Below, in pieces: positions 58,108 through 64,000 of a stretch of 64,000 bases of DNA; the stretch's first letter is position 1, and the number at the start of each line of letters is the position of its first letter. This DNA comes from an uncultured virus (IMG/VR IMGVR_UViG_3300045996_000972) (Duplodnaviria > Heunggongvirae > Uroviricota > Caudoviricetes). The DNA is taken from IMG/VR virus record IMGVR_UViG_3300045996_000972. One strand, given 5' to 3'. Made by a program: the position numbers and the translations under genes. The notes under the pieces are model-generated. The model ran no database searches and was not told where the DNA came from. It saw only the letters and a list, made by a program, of their open reading frames with translations.

Positions 58108-60273
58108 ATGGCCATTATACGCATTGATCAGGAACACGTTTACGAGTTACCTGCAGCACCAAAAAAGCAGGCTGATGTTCTTTTCGTGAATGAAAAGAAG
58201 GAAAATCAGTACTGGCGACGCCAGCGCGACTTCCCCCAGGAATGGTCTAAGTTCATCCCCGGCTTCACCCGGATCAACCAAGAGGCAACCGTTTACAATG
58301 GTGACGATATGCTTATATCGTTGTCGTTTGATGATACCCAAAACCTGATAAGACTCCGGGACCGGGAATTGATGCGCAGGAAACACGGCGTATGGTTCAT
58401 GAACAACGGGGAGCTGAACTACATTACCGGGAACCACTACTTTGCCTTGCAGTGGGGTGAGATGCATGGTTACACCAACCCGGAAACGAACGAGAGCTTC
58501 GGAGAGTACCGGGAGTTCCAGAGGGATATATGCTACTTCTTGGATATAGTCGAAACCGAAAAGAATTGTCAGGGCGGGTTTATCGCGAAAGCCAAAAAAA
58601 CAGGCGTTACGCAGCTCGTCTCGTTGGCGTTCCTGAACGAATCCACCATGATCCGGGAGAAGCGTTTCTCCATGATGAGTAAAAGCCATGAGGACGCGAA
58701 GGGCACGAACATGATGCTTTTCCAACACGCATTGGAACGGCTGCCGATGATCCTGAAACCAAGGATCAAGAACATCACCCAATCAAAGGTTATTTTCGAT
58801 AAGCCCAAGGCCAACACCGTTACCGGGAGCATGAAGCAAATGTTATCGGCCGGGACCGATGGTTTTAAAACTTTCGTGGAGGCGGTGGCCACCAAAGAGG
58901 ATGCCTTTGACGGACCCAAGATATGGCGCGGCTGGTGCGATGAATTTCCCAAGTATAAAAGTCCATTCCCGCAGCAGGTATTTGACAAATCTTCCGAAGC
59001 TGTAAAACTCCAACAGGAGATATACGGGAAGATATTTTTCACTTCCTATCCCCCGGAGGACGACACCCAAGGATTTTTCGAGGCAAAAAAGATATACGCC
59101 AATTCATCCCTGTCTACCAGAAACGCATTGGGCCAAACTTCGACCGGTCTATACAAGCACTTCGTTTCCGCGCTGAACGCCACTGAAGGGACATTCAACA
59201 AGTATGGCAAGGCTGACCAGGCGAAAGCCTTTTACCTGAACGACACGGACCGTAAATCATCGGAACACGATCGAAGGGCATTGCAGCGGAAGAAACGTCA
59301 ATACCCCAGGAATGAGAAAGAATGTTGGGAATCGGGCGGATCTGGCTCAACCTTCGACAATATCCGGCTATCGCAGCGACTCACCGTGATCGAGGAGGAG
59401 GCCAATGCGGGAGCTACGCACTTCCGAGAAGCAAACATTGATTGGACTAACGGATTTTTGAGCACCGTTGTCATTACCGATATCACTGCCGAGGAAAAGG
59501 CGCAAGGGAAAGATGGCAACTGGCGGTTCTATAAGACACTGCGCCCGGAGGAGCTGAACGTGCCTTTCCGTCAAGATCTGCGCGATCATCTTGGCAACTT
59601 CACCCCGGACGAGAACACTATTGCTTGCGGCGCGGTGGATCCCACCGACTACAAGGAAAAGAAGGACGTTGCGCAAGGTTCCAAAAACTCCATTCACGTG
59701 GGCCTGGCTGAAGATACAATCCGGAACACGGCTTTCGGGGAGGTAGCTTCAAACGTACTGTTTGCGGAGTATTTTGGCCGCCCGGAAGACCCGGAGGAGC
59801 TATTCGACGAGGTATGCAAGGCGATCATGCTTTTTGGCATGTACATCATAATCGAGGCAAACAAGGGCTGGTTGGTCACAAAGATCAAAAAGGTAGGGCT
59901 TCAGAACTTCCTACTATTGAAGGATAAGAAAACCGGCGTGATCCGGCCCTACATAGAAGGAGACGAGCTGACGCTGATCAACACCACCGATGAAATGATT
60001 AACGAGTACTGCAGAGCAATCGCCAGGTACTTGCGGAAGCCGAATGACGGAGAAATCGACTGGCTGGATTATATCAATTCTGCCAGGCTGATCGAGCAGC
60101 TTATGAACTTTGACCCGATGAACACCAAAATATACGACTTGGTTGTATCCTTCGGCTACTGGCGGCTGGCGGTGGAGGCACTGGCCTATGTGAAGCATCA
60201 ACGTGAAAAGGAACGGGGATATTATTCTGCCGATATGATGCAAGGCATAATGGAGCGAATAATTGATTTATGA
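58108..60273 (+). CDS. terL: terminase large subunit (crAss-like)
   Basis: YITGNHYFALQW, KAKKTGVT (Walker A-like), WCDEFPK (Walker B), GAVDP...IEANKG...YDLVVSFG (RuvC-like nuclease). Confidence 0.85.
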   Translation: MAIIRIDQEHVYELPAAPKKQADVLFVNEKKENQYWRRQRDFPQEWSKFIPGFTRINQEATVYNGDDMLISLSFDDTQNLIRLRDRELMRRKHGVWFMNNGELNYITGNHYFALQWGEMHGYTNPETNESFGEYREFQRDICYFLDIVETEKNCQGGFIAKAKKTGVTQLVSLAFLNESTMIREKRFSMMSKSHEDAKGTNMMLFQHALERLPMILKPRIKNITQSKVIFDKPKANTVTGSMKQMLSAGTDGFKTFVEAVATKEDAFDGPKIWRGWCDEFPKYKSPFPQQVFDKSSEAVKLQQEIYGKIFFTSYPPEDDTQGFFEAKKIYANSSLSTRNALGQTSTGLYKHFVSALNATEGTFNKYGKADQAKAFYLNDTDRKSSEHDRRALQRKKRQYPRNEKECWESGGSGSTFDNIRLSQRLTVIEEEANAGATHFREANIDWTNGFLSTVVITDITAEEKAQGKDGNWRFYKTLRPEELNVPFRQDLRDHLGNFTPDENTIACGAVDPTDYKEKKDVAQGSKNSIHVGLAEDTIRNTAFGEVASNVLFAEYFGRPEDPEELFDEVCKAIMLFGMYIIIEANKGWLVTKIKKVGLQNFLLLKDKKTGVIRPYIEGDELTLINTTDEMINEYCRAIARYLRKPNDGEIDWLDYINSARLIEQLMNFDPMNTKIYDLVVSFGYWRLAVEALAYVKHQREKERGYYSADMMQGIMERIIDL

Positions 60274-60629
60274 TATACCCAACAAAAATTGAAGGAATCG
60301 TAGCAGCCAATGATAGCTGCCAAGAGATAATTAGTGTGGACCACTGCTTTATTGAGCTTCACCAAGACCATATCAAGTACAAGCACAAATTTCTCGTATC
60401 GGAAAAAAATCCTCAAACAGAACTATTCGAGGAAAAAAAGTGCATTACGGAGGTGGTTTTCAAACGAGCAATATTAGCTGGATACGAAGAATACAGGAAT
60501 GTAGAGGGACGATGCTGGTCCATAATTGTCATTACCATTGGCGGGAGCCAGTTCACCATTTCTTTCAAGAAGAAAGAGGAGGCTAATGTGCTCAAAGAAA
60601 AAATGCACAACTACATATTTGAATTGTAA
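60270..60629 (+). CDS. hypothetical protein
   Basis: ORF track; ATGA overlap with terL. Confidence 0.6.
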   Translation: MIYPTKIEGIVAANDSCQEIISVDHCFIELHQDHIKYKHKFLVSEKNPQTELFEEKKCITEVVFKRAILAGYEEYRNVEGRCWSIIVITIGGSQFTISFKKKEEANVLKEKMHNYIFEL

Positions 60630-60679
60630 AAAAATCATATATTGTTGTCCTATTAACTATTAACCAAAAAATGTCCACT

Positions 60680-61042
60680 ATGCGAAAACTTGCAATTCTG
60701 CTCGCGTTTTCCTTGCTGGCGCTTTCTGTCTCTGCTTCGGCAAACAGTTCGCCCCCCGGCTTGGATGAACGAACGACCATTGAGGTCAATTATGAGGTCA
60801 ATGAAAGCACTCCTTCGATCCCGTTCGTACAGGTAAAAGGTTTGGAAGTGAACCAGGTGATTTCTTCCGATGCTCCGGCACCGGCCGATGTTTCTGCTTT
60901 GGCAGATGCCCACCAGGTCATCACTGCGCCAGCCAGACCGGAAGGGAGGTATCGTTGGCGAACGGCCGACAAACTACGATCGATACATGGCCGACTGGAT
61001 CAACCGATATTACACAAACCGGACAAGCCACTAAGAGAATAA
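60680..61042 (+). CDS. secreted protein with Sec signal peptide
   Basis: MRKLAILLAFSLLALSVSASA signal. Confidence 0.6.
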   Translation: MRKLAILLAFSLLALSVSASANSSPPGLDERTTIEVNYEVNESTPSIPFVQVKGLEVNQVISSDAPAPADVSALADAHQVITAPARPEGRYRWRTADKLRSIHGRLDQPILHKPDKPLRE

Positions 61043-61047
61043 GGTAG

Positions 61048-61075
61048 AAAAGCCTCTCGAATTGAGAGGCTTTTT
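61048..61075. terminator. bidirectional intrinsic terminator between convergent units
   Basis: AAAAGCCTCTC-GAATT-GAGAGGCTTTTT. Confidence 0.85.
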
Positions 61076-61082
61076 GTTTGGG

Positions 61083-61490
61083 TTAATCTTGTTCGGATCT
61101 CCATTCATCAAATGATTTCGGGATCTGCCGTTCGCTCATTGCAAGCGAAAGATTGGTTTTGATGAATTTGTTCAAATATTCGATGTACCCTTTTTGATAG
61201 TAGGCTTCACTTCGCTTCCCGTCAATGTATCGATCGGTTACTTCCCCGAGGATAGCTTCGTACTTTTTTTTGTATGCCAGCCTTGCTATTCTTCCCATGG
61301 CAGTATAGCTTTCCCGCTCATTGTAATATGCCACATAGAAAAGGTCTTTGATGCTCTTTCCAACATCTTCACTTACGATTTCAAACTCCCCAAAACAGCG
61401 TTCCACACAAAGGGAGCTTTCAAATATTGTCTTCCCTGTCTCTTTTGTAGCTTCTGCTTCTAGCAGTACTTCTAAATCGCTTTTTGTCAT
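61083..61490 (-). CDS. hypothetical protein
   Basis: ORF track; AAAACTGATACA immediately before ATG. Confidence 0.65.
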   Translation of the reverse strand: MTKSDLEVLLEAEATKETGKTIFESSLCVERCFGEFEIVSEDVGKSIKDLFYVAYYNERESYTAMGRIARLAYKKKYEAILGEVTDRYIDGKRSEAYYQKGYIEYLNKFIKTNLSLAMSERQIPKSFDEWRSEQD

Positions 61491-61519
61491 TGTATCAGTT
61501 TTGTTCGCTGTTGCGAAGA

Positions 61520-61807
61520 TTAATTATTATGTTTCTTTTTTTCACCGCAAAAGGGACAGTAGCTACAATAAACATTTATCGAAGCATCTGTTTGTCGCTT
61601 TTCCGGAGATCCGTCTTTTTTCAGAGCAACATACTTGAACTCGAACTTCATGAACGGCTCCCACCCGTTCGCTAATCCGGTCAGAGACATTCCCTTGTTC
61701 TTGAATTGTTGTTCCACCACTTCATGAACTTTTACGCCACGTTCTTTTAGGGCAGCCATGATATGCCGTGACGTTTTTTCTTCGATCTTGTTAATGCAAT
61801 TACACAT
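61520..61807 (-). CDS. small Zn-finger-like protein (CxC ... CSYCPFCG)
   Basis: Start at MCNC after the AAAACTGATACCTAAA leader. Confidence 0.65.
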   Translation of the reverse strand: MCNCINKIEEKTSRHIMAALKERGVKVHEVVEQQFKNKGMSLTGLANGWEPFMKFEFKYVALKKDGSPEKRQTDASINVYCSYCPFCGEKKKHNN

Positions 61808-61833
61808 TTTAGGTATCAGTTTTGGGTTATGAA

Positions 61834-62076
61834 TTATGGTCGGTATGTTCCGTCTCCGGAGTTGAGAGATTCGCTGATATGTTCTTTGTAGGCCCATCCG
61901 TTTAACACTTCCTGCTTCATTACGGCCACAATCTCCTCCACGCTATTCCAGCAGTCTTGTATTGCACCTGGGTCGTTGTGGCTTTGCATTGGGATTGTTT
62001 CTGAACGCAGGGTTTTAATGATATGCTGAACGTCATTCATCCATTGTTCCTGCAAGGGAGCTTTATAGACCGGCAT
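61834..62076 (-). CDS. hypothetical protein
   Basis: Ends SESLNSGDGTYRP. Confidence 0.6.
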   Translation of the reverse strand: MPVYKAPLQEQWMNDVQHIIKTLRSETIPMQSHNDPGAIQDCWNSVEEIVAVMKQEVLNGWAYKEHISESLNSGDGTYRP

Positions 62077-62094
62077 TATTCAGTTTTGTTTTGT

Positions 62095-62655
62095 TTAGTA
62101 ACTTATTTTATCGTTCCAGCAAATAATTTGACCATTAAAGCCTTGCTGCTTTGCTTTTGGATGAATAGAAAACCACGAATCAAAATCTTCCGGCACCAGG
62201 CCATCATTAGCCGCAAGTTCCCTTATCTGCCTTTCCGTCCGTAGCACATTGCGATTGATAAATATGAATTTCCTTCTGATCTTAAAATCGAATACTTTCT
62301 TTATTTCAATCGGTGGCGCAAATTCAAGCTGCTTACTTCTATACGGCACACCGGTCCATACGCGGGGGGAAAACAATTCTCCGGCCCGGAACCGATTACC
62401 GGCTCTGATCGTGTGGTATTTTGGCTCGTATTCGTCAAATGGAGAATAAACCTTGTGTTGCGGGGCAGCCATTTCTATGTATGCTTTTATGTACCCGTTG
62501 CGTTCATGATTCATTACTGGTTCTTCGCCAGATATAGCCACCTTTAACGATTCATACCACCACAATCCCTTCCATATTTTTTCTACGAAATGGGTGGGCT
62601 GCCCGGCCTTGGGGTGTTTGATTGGAAACTGGCGGCTAAAGGTTATCACTTTCAT
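62095..62655 (-). CDS. ASCH/PUA-like domain protein
   Basis: KYHTIRAGNRFRAGE...LAANDGL..EDF. Confidence 0.55.
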   Translation of the reverse strand: MKVITFSRQFPIKHPKAGQPTHFVEKIWKGLWWYESLKVAISGEEPVMNHERNGYIKAYIEMAAPQHKVYSPFDEYEPKYHTIRAGNRFRAGELFSPRVWTGVPYRSKQLEFAPPIEIKKVFDFKIRRKFIFINRNVLRTERQIRELAANDGLVPEDFDSWFSIHPKAKQQGFNGQIICWNDKISY

Positions 62656-62954
62656 AGCTCAACCTCCAGTTCCGTGTCAAAATCCGATTGGGGCAAAGAG
62701 GCTATGTACTTTCGCTTAAATTCCTGATAGTTGAATGGCAGTGGTCCGAACTTTCTTTCCTTAAAGTTCACACCAGCCAGTTCAATACAGATAGCCAATG
62801 CCAGTTGCGCGGGTCCGCTGCCAGCATATCCCCAATTAAAGCCATCGGGAGAATGGTTGCTAATCCGCAAGCTCTTTGCCGGAGAAAGTTTTTTACCGTT
62901 CAGCCAAACCTGTTTGGATGACCAGTTGCCTTTTAAATTGATAGTCGTATTCAT
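62652..62954 (-). CDS. DUF6166-like protein
   Basis: NHSPDGFNWGYAGSGPAQLALAI...YQEFK. Confidence 0.75.
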   Translation of the reverse strand: MNTTINLKGNWSSKQVWLNGKKLSPAKSLRISNHSPDGFNWGYAGSGPAQLALAICIELAGVNFKERKFGPLPFNYQEFKRKYIASLPQSDFDTELEVEL

Positions 62955-63259
62955 TTGATTTTCTTTTTCATTAGCACTCGCTCACCCTGCCTAGCATACA
63001 ATTCCAGTCCTATGCTCCAGGCGAAGTTGTATTCTTTCGGGAAGCGATATGTCCCTGTCGATCGTAGGAACTTTAGTTCTTCCATTACCCACCGTTCCAA
63101 TCGGTATTCTCTTTCTCGAACGTAGAAGTAGTGGTGAACTTCAAGCATTGCGTCTATGGGGTGTTCTCCCCCAAAAAGGTGTAGATAACCGTCGTGCATA
63201 CCTTCCTGCCAATTAACGGGCAATGGGGGGATAGCGGAAAGGTCTATTTCTATTGGCAT
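62951..63259 (-). CDS. hypothetical protein
   Basis: ORF track (63292); ATG 63259 follows the upstream stop. Confidence 0.5.
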   Translation of the reverse strand: MPIEIDLSAIPPLPVNWQEGMHDGYLHLFGGEHPIDAMLEVHHYFYVREREYRLERWVMEELKFLRSTGTYRFPKEYNFAWSIGLELYARQGERVLMKKKIK

Positions 63260-63261
63260 AA

Positions 63262-63456
63262 TCAATGAAATTTTCTTACCGTAGACGCACACCTGAGACG
63301 ATCGTAGTCCTCCTTGGTGAATTTCGGGTAGTTGAATGAAGCAATCTTTTTTCTTCTTTTGCCCAATAAGGTCACACTCGTTGCATCCGATTCATAATCT
63401 ACAACGTCATTCCATTCATTAAAGGATTCAATAGTGTTATTCTTTTGCTTCGGCAT
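63262..63456 (-). CDS. hypothetical protein
   Basis: ORF track; TAATG coupling with the upstream gene. Confidence 0.55.
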   Translation of the reverse strand: MPKQKNNTIESFNEWNDVVDYESDATSVTLLGKRRKKIASFNYPKFTKEDYDRLRCASTVRKFH

Positions 63457-63878
63457 TACCTTACAGTTATAGTGTGGTTTTTGAAATCGATCTCTACGGT
63501 ATCGATAGAGAAGCCGCCATCCTTCCTGAAGTGCAATTCGTCTTTGATGATCGTCCAGTCCTCTCCACTGTTGATCGTGACTTCGCCTTGGATCGTTTCG
63601 TTGAAGTACTCTGTCCCGTTGTTTTGCAGGTATTTTAGCCTATCGGCTTGCGACAGATCTTCCGTATCAACGGACCAGCTAAAGGACGCTATAACGTCTG
63701 TTATTTCGATCCAGATGCTATCCAGGCCATGTTTGCGGGGCTGCGGCGTCAAGGTGAAATTCACCTTCGCTAATTGACTGGAAACGCTACCATCCCAATC
63801 GGTGCCAAAAAAGGCTTCCAGTCCGTCAATAGATACTTCTCTCTTATCGCATACTGCGGTGAAAGTTTCAGGGTTCAT
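63456..63878 (-). CDS. acidic hypothetical protein
   Basis: ORF track; AAACTGATACCAA before ATG. Confidence 0.65.
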   Translation of the reverse strand: MNPETFTAVCDKREVSIDGLEAFFGTDWDGSVSSQLAKVNFTLTPQPRKHGLDSIWIEITDVIASFSWSVDTEDLSQADRLKYLQNNGTEYFNETIQGEVTINSGEDWTIIKDELHFRKDGGFSIDTVEIDFKNHTITVR

Positions 63879-64000
63879 TTGGTATCAGTTTATTTTATAT
63901 ACTACTAAGCTCTTGGTATGCTGTGTTAAGGCATTTGCAGCACTCTTTCATTTTCTTTACTGCCATTTCGGAATCCCGGTGCCAGATACTTGTTGGCGAT

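Noticed and set aside
1..64000. Stop-codon reassignment as in some crAss-like phages
   Set aside because: Very long ORFs are intact under the standard code, and TAA, TAG and TGA all end tightly packed genes
1..64000. tRNA/rRNA genes, integrase, IS elements, introns or inteins
   Set aside because: No cloverleaf-sized gaps or recognisable motifs seen by eye; terL and MCP appear uninterrupted; prophage status cannot be decided from this window

Overview
The window is a gene-dense segment of a tailed-phage or prophage genome. Its host is most likely Bacteroidota, judged from TAnnTTTG -7 promoter boxes, A-rich SD-less translation starts and a DUF2795 gene. It carries a crAss-like podoviral morphogenesis module: giant tail fibre, tail hub/stabilisation protein, tandem GroES-like co-chaperonin, lysis cassette with an Amidase_3 endolysin, portal, scaffold, major capsid protein, ring/adaptor proteins, ejection proteins and terminase. 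Arrays of small accessory ORFs flank the module. Four things stand out. (1) A glycosyltransferase with motifs resembling plant peptide O-glycosyltransferases (GT95/GT96) sits between two mucin-like poly-Thr structural-region genes, suggesting a phage-encoded virion O-glycosylation system. (2) Three short intergenic units ending in terminator hairpins carry seeds antisense to translation-initiation regions, suggesting a phage sRNA network. (3) A 5204-aa polyvalent protein (C5-MTase + N6-MTase + SNF2 helicase + HExxH zincin) occupies the position where crAss phages encode a virion RNA polymerase. (4) That giant gene contains a nested TnpV-like ORF and ends in a possible -1 frameshift site leading into the next gene. 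All family calls come from motifs recognised by eye and from synteny; no database searches were run.
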